Positions 1 through 9,523 of a stretch of 20,000 nucleotides of DNA are shown in pieces. Position numbers and translations under genes: made by a program. Position 1 is the stretch's first letter. The number at the start of each line of letters is the position of its first letter. Below the pieces are notes generated by a model. That model did not search any database and had not been told where the DNA came from. It saw only the letters and a list, made by a program, of their open reading frames with translations. This DNA is from Chiloscyllium plagiosum (lineage: Eukaryota). The stretch covers positions 8,398,262 to 8,418,261 of the forward strand of contig NC_057757.1 in assembly GCF_004010195.1 (NCBI RefSeq), in the 5' to 3' direction.

Positions 1-65
1 TACAGGATGATAAATCAGGAGTAGAGTAATCCGTAGTGTATTTTTCTTAGAAATAAAAATGCTAT

Positions 66-385
66 GTGCTGCGTTTTGAGAAAACAAATCTTAGCAGGAT
101 TATACACATAATGGTAAGGTCCCAGGGAGTGTTACTGAACAGAGAGACTTTGGAGTGCAGGTTCATCGCACCTTGAAAGTGGAGCAAGACGAGGTGGTGG
201 AGGCTAGTACAATTGCAACATTTAAAAGGCATCTGGATGGGTATGTGAATAGGAAGGATTTGGAGGGATACGGGCCGGGTGCTGGCAGGTGGGACTAGAT
301 TGGATTGGGATATCTGGTCGGCATGGACGAGTTGGACTGAAGGGTCCGTTTCCATGCTGTACATCTGTATGACTCGATGAGTCAT
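66..385 (+). mobile_element. CR1-type LINE 3' fragment with an internal deletion
   Basis: Degenerate ORF2 C-terminal peptide (…NGKVPGSVTEQRDFGVQVHRTLKVE), then …FKRHLDGYVNRKDLEGYGPGAGRWD and a 3' UTR ending tatgactcgatgagtc. The same 3' end recurs in reverse at 14790-14928. Confidence 0.8.
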
Positions 386-720
386 AGGAAAAATAGTCTC
401 CCAGAGGAAAAAGAGGCTTTATGATTATTGTTGGTTCTTCAAGACTTTGAAATCTGAATCTGAAAGAGAACAATGAAATGCTGAGTTACAGTGATCATGA
501 TCCACTGGCCTTCATTGAAAGGTTTCAAATAAAGAACGCAAGATTATTCTGATGGAGTCTTTTGGTGGAACCATTTAATGTAAAGATCATCCACATTAGT
601 GGAAAACTTCATATAATTGCTGATATTATGCCCAAAATGCTGTAAATGCTGGAATTAGTGAAAGCTTTAAGGAATGCTATGATTGTATAGCATTGAGAAA
701 AGGAATAAATGGATTGCAGT

Positions 721-839
721 CAGGTGAAGGAGCAGTGCTCTGAAAGCTTGTGACTTCAAATAAACCTGTTGGACTGTAACTTGGTCTTGTGTGACTTCTA
801 ACCTTGTCCACCCCAGTCCAACAGCGGCACCCCTCATCA
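721..839 (+). mobile_element. Penelope-like element pLTR fragment
   Basis: gaaggagcagtgctctgaaagc…aaacctgttggact…ccccagtccaaca matches the reverse complement of the terminal repeat of the GIY-YIG element at 13801-13920. Confidence 0.75.
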
Positions 840-1025
840 CAACAAGCCAAAGAGATCACTTACACATATAAAACTCTACTAGAAAAATAATTTTTAAAAA
901 AACAAAACAAAAACAGGGGTGTTAGTGGTGGGGAAAAAAAAAGAAAATAAGACTCTACTTAATGCATTTGAGACACTGGGAGGACCTAATAACTGAACAG
1001 ACTCCAAATTACCTTCAGCAGACAA

Positions 1026-1372
1026 ACCTCAGTCTTTGCCCACTATTCCTTGGCAGCAGCTGTCCCAAGCTTTAGTGTGTCCCTCAGCACATAGTCCTGG
1101 AATGTGCCAATCTGCAACACTTGGTCAGGGTCAATGCCTTGTTCTGGAAGAGCAACGAGGTTTGGGCAGAACAAGGAGTGTCTTCACCAAGTTGATGGTC
1201 CTCCAGGTGATGTTGATGTTTGTTTTGGTGTGCGACCCGGGGAGCACACCATAGAGCAGAGTCCTGCATCACGGAGCTGCTCGGGACAAACCTGGGCAAA
1301 AACAGCGGCATCCTTCTCCAGACTTCCCTCTGGAAAGGCACATTCCAGCTGGAAATGTGTGACAGTCTCTCT
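1026..1372 (-). mobile_element. L1/Tx1-clade LINE ORF2 C-terminal fragment (frameshifted)
   Basis: Across frames it reads ETVTHFQLECAF…EVWRRM…LPRFVPSSSV…LLFQNKALTLTKCCRLAHS…QDYVLRDTLKLGTAAAK, including the H…C end of the zf-RVT knuckle. Confidence 0.7.
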
Positions 1373-1499
1373 CTCTCTCACGAACACATCCCCTCACAGC
1401 CGCTTAAAGGGCATCAGTTCAACTCCAATGTTTATTTTGTTTTATTCAATTGTACAGAACCTAAAAGTGTATATAGTATGAGTACATTACATTATTGAA

Positions 1500-1808
1500 A
1501 TCCTTCCTTAGGTACAGGACCCAAAACTGCTCATAATATTCCAAATATCTAATACAGCCTGAGCAGTACATAGCTGCTCTGGTGTTCTAACCTTCCCAAA
1601 TAAACACTAACATTACATTTACCTTCCTAACTGCCAAATGAAGCTGCATTTTAACCTGAAGAGAATCCTGAACAAGGGCCAACAAGTCCCTTTGTGCTCC
1701 CGATTGCCGAGGCTTTCTCCATTTAGAAAACAGTCTGTGCCCCTCTCCTTCTAATCCCAGTACATAACCTCACACACTTTACCACATTGTATACTCCACC
1801 CGCCAACT
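1500..1808 (-). mobile_element. Old CR1-type LINE ORF2 fragment
   Basis: Minus strand resembles WQMEYNVGKCEVMHF…QRDLGVLV…LEYCEQFW, with many stops and indels. Confidence 0.55.
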
Positions 1809-2154
1809 GAACCTGAAGAGAAAGCTGAGCGAGGACTCACCTCGCTGAGTAACCTTTACTTGTGTTTCAGGTCTGGCAGCATCTGCCCAGAGAGAGATAA
1901 AGCAGAGACAACGTTTGGAGTCTGGGGGCGGCCGTCCTTCGGGGAGAGAGCGCTTTGGGACTTGATGCTCCGACACACAGTTTCTGCATCACTTTCCCCT
2001 CTCTGTCTGTGAGGATTTCTCATTCTGATCCATATTATTGTGTTTGGTGACACCCGGAGCCGAATTCTGTTTGTATTCTCTCCTGAAAGAGGTTGTTTCT
2101 CTTCAAAGGGGACATTTTCCCTGAAGCAGCTGCTGACGGTCACTTGGGGCACGA

Positions 2155-2346
2155 GGCGGCCGTTAACCGCCATCTCCCGCGCGCGGGGCCTGAGGGGGCG
2201 GGGCCTGGAGCTAAAATGGCGGCGGCTGTTCACCGCCATCTCCCGCGCGTGGGGCCTGAGGGGGCGGGGCCTGGAGCTAAAATGGCGGCGGCCGTTAACC
2301 GCCATCTCCCACGCGTGGGGCCTGGAGCTAAAACACCGGCGGGCGG
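2155..2346. promoter_or_regulatory. CpG-rich 66-bp tandem array with YY1 and GC-box motifs (promoter-like)
   Basis: ccgccatctccc recurs at 2167, 2233 and 2299 (period 66). Full units contain aaaatggcggc (YY1-like), cgccatct and gggggcgggg (Sp1-like). Confidence 0.6.
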
Positions 2347-2444
2347 TCCCACCCAGAAAGGGGCAGAGTCGGAGGGAGAGCGGACTGTGTCAGCTAAGTG
2401 CCGTTCCTGAAGGTAATGATGATGGTTATTCGGGAGATTGAGGG

Positions 2445-3038
2445 TGTAAGAAATGAGGAAGTGTGTTGTTTTCGCAAAAAGGTAGTGATAATAAGCTTAA
2501 GTATAGTGCTGATAAATCGAGTGTGAAGGGCAGCTGCAGACAATGATTAAATCAGCAAACACTAGGGAAATGTATAATTGGGTACTAACTTTAGTGCATA
2601 ATTATTCTATTAAATAATTTCTTTCATCATGATAGTTTAAATAATTTAGTCTCAGCAAAATAGCTGAAACACATAAACTAGGCAAGAAAAGACACATTGT
2701 TAAAATGTATATGCAGGAATGGAATGTACCTATGAACAATGGAAGATGTTACAAGCAAACAGATTAAGTGAAAGGAACATCAAGATCCAAGTTTAGCAAA
2801 ATCGTCCTAATGTCAGCACTTACAGAGGGAGTTAGTCAGAGAATAAAGTTGATTAGGTAATGTAGGAGTCAGAAGAGGTGACCTCACGCAGCTCAAAAGT
2901 ATAACTGTGTACTAGTTTGAATGTTCATTACTCACTTGCTTCTGCATTTGATGTCCTTTCTTGCAAGATCGTAGAATAAATAGTCTTGTTTCCAGTTTTG
3001 GTGGTCTCGTCTAATTTTATCAAAACTTGTTTCTAACA
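2445..3038 (+). mobile_element. Solo LTR, family A (594 bp)
   Basis: Termini TGTAAGAAA…TTTCTAACA form an imperfect inverted repeat. 4-bp TSD AGGG at 2441-2444 and 3039-3042. AATAAA at 2975-2980. Confidence 0.85.
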
Positions 3039-3121
3039 AGGGGGAGCGAAGAGATTCCACTTGGAGCAATCCATTTATCCTTCCCCTGGAAATGTAATAG
3101 AGCTGGACCCCACTCTCAGTA

Positions 3122-3193
3122 TTCCTCCCTCATACTGTCCAACACATGGGGAATAATTATTGTTTCCCCCTCCCTCACACTGCCCAACACAAG
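3122..3193 (+). repeat. ~45-bp minisatellite, left part, interrupted by the provirus
   Basis: Unit cctcacactgtccaacacaaggggaataattattatttctcc continues at 7873-7997 and 8948-9353. Confidence 0.8.
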
Positions 3194-3747
3194 TGTGGGA
3201 AGATTAGAAATGTTGTTTTTGCAGATGGGTGAGGGGGTGTAGTGTGCGGGGAAGGGAAGGGGAACATTATACAAACGGTTGTGGAATTCTTGTAGCATGT
3301 CGCATACTTAAGGCTAAGACTTTAATGAATATAAAGGGTCTTTTAAAGAAAATAGTTTTAAGCTAGGAAATAACTTTAAAGTGTTGTAGTTGACCACAAA
3401 AAGAAGCAGCAGGGGCATTTCACAATAAAGCTTATAGCATGATAAGAGAAACTGGATTAAAGAACAAGCTGTAACAAACAAGGAACAAAGAATGCAGACA
3501 AGGACAGCAAGATGGCCATATACGAAAATAACTAACAAGTGACGTAATCGGCTTACGATAGGATGGGAAAAGGGAGGTGTGATTCCGCAACTTGTAAACT
3601 GAATAAGAAAGCTAACATGCTCTGTTTTGGCGCACATTTCTGCTTGATTGCAGAAGCGTCCAGTACTTGCAAGACTGTAATAAATTGTTCTTGTTTCCAA
3701 GGCTAGTCTCAGGCTGATTGATTTGTGAGTGAGTTCTGTTTCTCACA
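3194..3747 (+). repeat. 5' LTR (554 bp)
   Basis: TGTGGGA…TCTCACA termini, AATAAA at 3679-3684, roughly 96% identical by eye to 7319-7872. Confidence 0.95.
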
Positions 3748-3749
3748 AT

Positions 3750-3769
3750 TGGGGGCCTTGTTCTGGGAT
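3750..3769 (+). promoter_or_regulatory. Primer-binding site, degenerate tRNA-Pro type
   Basis: TGGGGGCCTTGTTCTGGGAT lies 2 nt after the LTR; the canonical tRNA-Pro PBS is TGGGGGCTCGTCCGGGAT. Confidence 0.8.
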
Positions 3770-4581
3770 CCAAAACCCCGACTGCTGAACACTCTTGGGC
3801 CAACGGGGGAGGTGCACCTCACCGATTTTGGTGATCTCCGACTCCCTTGCTTGTTGTTCGCGGTTTGGGCGAGTATGATCCAGACTGGGAGACCCTGGAA
3901 ACAAGGTGGGCAGACGTGGCGCTATCGGTCGGGCAACTCTTGTGCACAAGACCTGGGTAGGGAAAGGTCTTAAAAGATATACCTGGGCAACCGGGGGCAG
4001 CGGTATTTGCTGCAGGAATTGCCGTGGAACGGGACGCACCGAAATGACCAGATAACTCTGTGCACAGACCAAGGTAAGAAAAAAAACCTTTTAAGTATTG
4101 CCTTGGTGATCGGGACGTACAAAAGTGTGGGGAATTGGCGATATATAAAATTAAGCATATGTCAATGGAAAACATCCCGTGTTAGAAGGGCTAGTAGCTG
4201 AAGGGCTACTGAGGGTGCACTTCGTAACTAACTTATAGCCAGACGTCCAGAAGAATATTCAAAAGCTAGAGGAGTCGTTGCAGGAACTCAAAGTGTCTGT
4301 GAGACACGGTGTGTGTATGTGAGAGAAAGAGCTGTACAGCTAGTAGAAAGTTTAACCCTTTGTGATTCAGTTTGAATGCACATTTGTTTGTTGGTGATTG
4401 GATGTTTGTGCTTTGTTCCCCGGAGCTTGAGATCCGGGACTGTTTTGAATCTGATTTCTACTTTGGAAATTTTAACATGATTTCTTTCAAGTTAAGGATT
4501 TTACAGATTGAAATAAAATGTTAACTCCTGTTCTTTTCACAGGTCACTCGAGCCACCACACGTAAAGGAGGGGCAGAAATA

Positions 4582-5519
4582 ATGGAAAATGTAAAATTAT
4601 GTCCCTTGCAAAAGGTTCCGATTGGGGAAGGTACAATCAGATATGTAAATGCTCCCTTAACTAGCAGTGAAGTTGGGGTCTTTAAAAAAGAAATGAAAAG
4701 TTTAATAGAGGATCCGGTTGGACTAGCCGAATAATTAGAGCAATTCCTAGGGCCTAATTTATATATCTGGGGAGAACTGATGGCAATTTTAGGAACGTTA
4801 TTTTCAGGGGAAGAACGAGGTATGATTAGCAAAGCGGCTTTATAGGAATGGGAAAAGAAGCACCCAGTTGGGGAAGAAGGGCCCCAGCAGAACAGAAATT
4901 CCCAAATGTTGACCCTCATTGGGAAAATAATGACAGAGAAGATAGGGAGTCAATGCGGGATCTACGAGAAATGGTAATATTAGCAATTAAAGAGGTGGCA
5001 CGTAGATCATAAAACTTTGTTAAGGCCTTTGAAGTACGACAAGAGAAGGATGAAACCCCTTCTGCATTTCTTAAAAGGCTCAAGGAGGCCACAAGGAAGT
5101 ATTCGGGAATGGATCCCGATAATCAGATAGCACAGGGACTCTTAAAGGTCCAGTTTGTAACAAAATCATGGCCAGACATACAAAAGAAATTACAGAAATT
5201 AGGTGGATGGAGTGAAAGACAGATGCAAGAACTGTTATGTGAGGCACAGAAAGTGTATGTGAAAAGCGAAGACGAGAAGCAGAAACAGAAAGCCAAAATG
5301 ATGGTGGAGGCAGTAGAAGAAATAACAAAAAGGAGACTTGGATCAGGGAATAACAGGAAGGGTAGGGGAGGACACGAAAGACAATGGTCAGATACCCGGG
5401 AAAGGAGGCAACTGGCAGGGTGTTACCATTGCGGGAAAGTGGGGCATTTTAAACGGCAATGCCCGGAATTAGCATGAGAAAAGGAAGCCGTTTCCCTAAT
5501 GACCTTCGATGAAGATTAG
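4582..5519 (+). pseudogene. gag: Retroviral gag (CA-NC, no recognisable MA), disabled
   Basis: PLQKVPIG…YVNAPLTSSEV…FKKEMKSLIEDPVGL, MHR VRQEKDETPSAFLKRLKEA, zinc knuckle CYHCGKVGHFKRQC. Stops at 4732, 4843, 5010 and 5475, frameshift near 4885, native stop TAG at 5517-5519. Confidence 0.93.
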
Positions 5520-5582
5520 GGGAGTCAGGGGTTCCTTCCTCCTGAGTCCCACCGGGAACCCTTGATAAATTTAAAGGTGGGA
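5517..5582 (+). promoter_or_regulatory. Gag-pol UAG readthrough signal (8-nt spacer plus H-type pseudoknot)
   Basis: TAG-GGGAGTCA. Stem 1 is GGGGTTCC(5528-5535)/GGAACCCT(5555-5562); stem 2 is TCCCACC(5547-5553)/GGTGGGA(5576-5582). The protease is in frame with the TAG. Confidence 0.85.
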
Positions 5583-5895
5583 TCTGAAGGGGAGGAGGCA
5601 GTATTTTTGGTGGACACGGGAGTGGCACGGTCATCCCTAGGTTTTGGGCCTACCAGCGTTAAATTGACTAAGGAGTCTCTTAAGGTTTCCGGAATAAAAG
5701 GCAAGGAATTCTTGGTACCTATTTTGAGACAACCCTAATTAGAGGAAATGATGAGGAAGTGATAGGACAATTCCTATATATTCCTGACATTGGAAATAAT
5801 CTATTAGGTAGGGATTTGATTATATTGCTGGGCTTAAAAATTGGGGTGGAGGATAGTGCAGTAACTGTAACGATGGCTAAGACAACCCAAGAAGA
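5520..5895 (+). pseudogene. pro: Retroviral aspartic protease (one frameshift near 5725)
   Basis: EPLINLKVG…VFLVDTGVARSSL (DTG at 5613) and NLLGRDL near 5800-5818. Confidence 0.92.
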
Positions 5896-6346
5896 TGGAT
5901 CCTCCCGGATGGAAGGGAGTTATTAAGTAAACCAGCCACGAGAAACATCCTAACCACCGTGCACCAAGTCATTGGGGCTCCCAAGCTATGTGTGATATAG
6001 TGTTAAGGAAGTATGGATGTAAAGGGATATACACATTAGCCAAGCAGGTGTGCGCAGGATGCCTGACTTGCCAAAAGATTAATAAAGAAAGTAACGAGCG
6101 GGGGGGGCCAAGAGATGGAAGAAACCCTGGGGTAAGACCTTTTCAAAGAACACAGGTAGATTACACAGAATTACCCCCAGTAGGGAAACAAAAGTTCTTA
6201 TTAATCCTAATAGATCACCTAACTGGGTGGGTGGAGGCGTTTCCAATGTCCTCAGCTACCTCGAAGGAAATAGTGAAAACTCTTTTAGAACATATAATTC
6301 CTCGATATGGAATGGTGGAAAGTATAGATTCAGACCAAGGTCGCCA
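5896..6346 (+). pseudogene. pol: Integrase N-terminal part (truncated pol)
   Basis: WILPDGRELL…VHQ/SHWG…CLTC (HHCC, with a frameshift), RPFQRTQVDYTELP, GWVEAFP and SIDSDQG. It ends before the catalytic E. Confidence 0.92.
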
Positions 6347-7205
6347 TATTGGGTGTGTGGCTTAAAGGCCTACCCATTTATCCCTGACGAGAAGTACATT
6401 TGGACTGGCGGATGTAACGGGAATGGGTGCTGGGACCATCCAGTTCAGACACTACCTCAAAACCAGAAAGGCTGGAGTGGCTGCTGCTACCTTGCCTATA
6501 TAATTCCCCACTTGAGGCTGTTAAAGAGAGCCCCCAAAATACCTTGGAATAAACAGGGAGGAAGGCAAGTAACCCGGAAAGTAACCAAAGGAGATCGCCT
6601 CCTCTGGACTTTGATACCTATATATGGGACCGCTCGAGCAGGAGTAGAAATACAAAAGTTGGTGGCTTCCCTGGAAGAGTTGGCCAACAATACTGCTGAT
6701 GCGTTGGCCGAAACCCAATCCCAAGTAGCAGCCATAACGACCAAAATGATTGCCACTAGGCTAACGACCCTTCAGAACAGGATGGCTCTGGACTATATGC
6801 TAGCAGAGAAGGGTGGTACCTGTGCACTAATTGGAGAGGAATGTTGTACGTACATACCCGAGGTCTCCTCTAACATTACTGATATCTCCAAACATGTGCG
6901 AGACAAAATCGCCAAGATAAGGGAGGCCGGTAATCGGTACCGGAACGAAAAAGGATGGGAATTGGGGATTGACTGACTGGTTGGGGAATGTGGTTAGTCA
7001 ATCTAGCTATCTATGGATTATAGATATTAGTGGGTCTGTGGTAGGGTTCAATGTCCTAAAATGGGTAATGAACCGACTGATGACATTCCTTGGGGAAGGA
7101 ACCCAAATAAATCATCAGATGCTCTTACAATCAGCAGGTGATTTGCAACAAAGAGAAAGTCAAAGAATGCTTCTAGAGTTCGAGGAACGAACAACACAAA
7201 TGTAA
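6347..7205 (+). pseudogene. env: env remnant: C-terminal SU plus gamma-type TM
   Basis: YWVCG…WSGCCYLAYIIP, fusion-peptide-like LLWTLIPIYG, ISD LQNRMALDYMLAEKGG and CX6CC CALIGEECC. Open to 6976, then a GACTGACT frameshift and a disrupted membrane anchor. Confidence 0.93.
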
Positions 7206-7295
7206 AATGTGAGATTGTGAACCTCATTGCCAAAAGGCATAAGAGGACGACGTAAGAAAATGAATTAAAGGAGACTTAATAAGTGCAAAAACAAC

Positions 7296-7317
7296 AGAGA
7301 AAAAGAAAAAGGGGGAA
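7296..7317 (+). promoter_or_regulatory. Polypurine tract
   Basis: AGAGAAAAAGAAAAAGGGGGAA lies just before the 3' LTR. Confidence 0.9.
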
Positions 7318-7318
7318 T

Positions 7319-7872
7319 TGTGGGAGATTAGAAATGTTGTTTTTGCAGATGGGTGAGGGGGTGTAGTGTGCGGGGAAGGGAAGGGGAACATTATACAAAT
7401 GGTTGTGGAATTCTTGTAGCATGTGGCATACTTAAGGCTAAGACTTTAATGAATATAGAGGGTCTTTTAAAAAAAATAGTTTTAAGCTAGGAAATAACTT
7501 TAAAGTGTTGTAGTTGACCACAAAAATAAGCAGCAGGGGCATTTCACAATAAAGCTTATAGTATGATAAGAGAAACTGGATTAAAGAACAAGCTGTTACA
7601 AACAAGGAACAAAGAATGCAGACAAGGACAGCAGGATGGCCAGATAAGAAAATAACTAACAAGTGACGTAACCGACTTATGATAGGATGGGAAAAGGGAG
7701 GTGTGATTCCGCAACTTGTAAACTGAATAAGAAAGCTAACATGCTCTGTTTTGGCACACATTTCTGCTTGATTGCAGAAGCATCCGGTACTTGCAAGAAC
7801 TTAATAAATTGTTCTTGTTCCTAAGGCTTTGTCTCAGGCTGATTGATTTGTGAGTGAGTTCTGTTTCTCACA
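7319..7872 (+). repeat. 3' LTR (554 bp)
   Basis: TGTGGGA…TCTCACA, preceded by the PPT and followed by the CAAG TSD. Confidence 0.95.
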
Positions 7873-8330
7873 CAAGGGAATAATTATTATTTCTCCCTCC
7901 CTCACTCTATCCAACACAAGGGGAATAATTGTTATTTTTCCCTTCCCTCCCCACTGTCCAACACAAGGTTAATAATTATTATTTCTCCCTCCCTCACNNN
8001 NNNNNNNNNNNNNNNNNNNNNNNNNNNNNNNNNNNNNNNNNNNNNNNNNNNNNNNNNNNNNNNNNNNNNNNNNNNNNNNNNNNNNNNNNNNNNNNNNNNN
8101 NNNNNNNNNNNNNNNNNNNNNNNNNNNNNNNNNNNNNNNNNNNNNNNNNNNNNNNNNNNNNNNNNNNNNNNNNNNNNNNNNNNNNNNNNNNNNNNNNNNN
8201 NNNNNNNNNNNNNNNNNNNNNNNNNNNNNNNNNNNNNNNNNNNNNNNNNNNNNNNNNNNNNNNNNNNNNNNNNNNNNNNNNNNNNNNNNNNNNNNNNNNN
8301 NNNNNNNNNNNNNNNNNNNNNNNNNNNNNN

Positions 8331-8947
8331 ACGTAAGAAAATGAATTAAAGGAGACTTAATAAGTGCAAAAACAACAGAGAAAAAGAAAAAGGGGGAATT
8401 GTGGGAGATTAGAAATGTTGTTTTTGCATATGGGTGAGGGGGTGTAGTGTGCGGGGAAGGGAAGGGGAACATTATACAAACGGTCGTGGAATTCTTGTAG
8501 CATGTGGCATACTTTAATGAATATAGAGGGTCTTTTTAAAAAAAAAAAATAGTTTTAAGCTAGGAAATAACTTTAAAGTGTTTTAGTTGACCACAAAAAG
8601 AAGTAGCAGGGGCATTTCACAATAAAGCTTATAGTATGATAAGAGAAACTGGATTAAAAAACAAGCTGTAACAAACAAGGAACAAAGAATGCAGACAAGA
8701 ACAGCAGGATGGCCAGATAAGAAAATAACTAACAAGTGAGATAACCGGCTTATGATAGGATGGGAAAAGGGAGGTGTGATTCCGCAACTTGTAAACTGAA
8801 TAAGAAAGCTAACATGCTCTGTTTTGGCGCACATTTCTGCTTGATTGCAGAAGTGTCCGGTACTTGCAAGAACTGTAATAAATTGTTCTTGTTTCCCAAG
8901 GCTTTGTCTCAGGCTGATTGATTTGTGAGTGAGTTCTGTTTCTCACA
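8331..8947 (+). mobile_element. Second copy of the proviral 3' end (3' UTR, PPT and LTR 8400-8947)
   Basis: 8331-8399 repeats 7250-7318. The LTR is 548 bp, including a 13-nt deletion, and is followed by CAAG and the same host flank. Confidence 0.9.
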
Positions 8948-9353
8948 CAAGCGAATAATTATTATTTCTCTCTCCCTCACTCTATCCAACACAAGGGGAA
9001 TAATTGTTATTTTTCCCTCTTTTCTCCCCCCCCCCCCCTACTGTCCAACACAAGGGTAATAATTATTATTTATCCCTCCCTCACACTGTCCACAAGGGGA
9101 ATAATTATTATTTCTCCCTCCCTCACACTGTCCAACACAAGGGGAATAATTATAATTATTCTCCTTGTGTTGGAGGGAGAAATAATAATTATTCTCCTTG
9201 TGTTGGAGGGAGAAATAATTATTTTTCCTTCCCTCACACTGTCCAACACAAGGGGAATAATTATCATTTCTCCCTCCCTCACACTGTCCAACAAAAGGGC
9301 AATAACTATAATTTCTCCCATTCCCACACTGCCCAACACAAGGAGAATAAATA
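8948..9353. repeat. ~45-bp minisatellite with an internal inverted segment
   Basis: Repeated cactgtccaacacaaggggaataattattatttctccct; about 9153-9225 is in the reverse orientation. Confidence 0.85.
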
Positions 9354-9523
9354 TTGTCTTCATCTATCTGATCTGGGACTTCACTTTTCCGGAGGTTAGT
9401 GACCACTACTGGCCGCAAGTGGAAACTGAAGCCGACCGGCAGAAATACTCCGAGTCTATCAGGGTTCATAATGTGGAGGTGTTGGTCATGGAGTCATTGA
9501 GGTGTCCTGTCAGCATTAATTAT

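Larger units (their letters stand above)
3194..7872 (+). mobile_element. Internally deleted class I endogenous retrovirus (LTR-gag-pro-partial IN-partial env-LTR)
   Basis: Paired LTRs, CAAG TSD (3190-3193 and 7873-7876), PBS, PPT, Gag MHR and CCHC, DTG protease, HHCC and D,D integrase, and Env ISD with CX6CC. Confidence 0.97.

Noticed and set aside
1856..2441. Overlapping 105-149 aa ORFs
   Set aside because: They arise from a GC-rich 66-bp repeat and a pLTR fragment, with no recognisable domain.
3314..3700. Hydrophobic antisense ORF repeated in all three LTR copies
   Set aside because: Recurrence follows from LTR identity, and hydrophobicity follows from reading an A-rich strand in reverse. 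Start and length vary between copies.
9350..9470. Peptide FPEVSDHYWPQVE resembling the SDHY motif of DNase I/APE endonucleases
   Set aside because: The match is too short, other motifs are absent, the ORF starts in a minisatellite, and no clear splice sites were found. A tBLASTx search would settle it.
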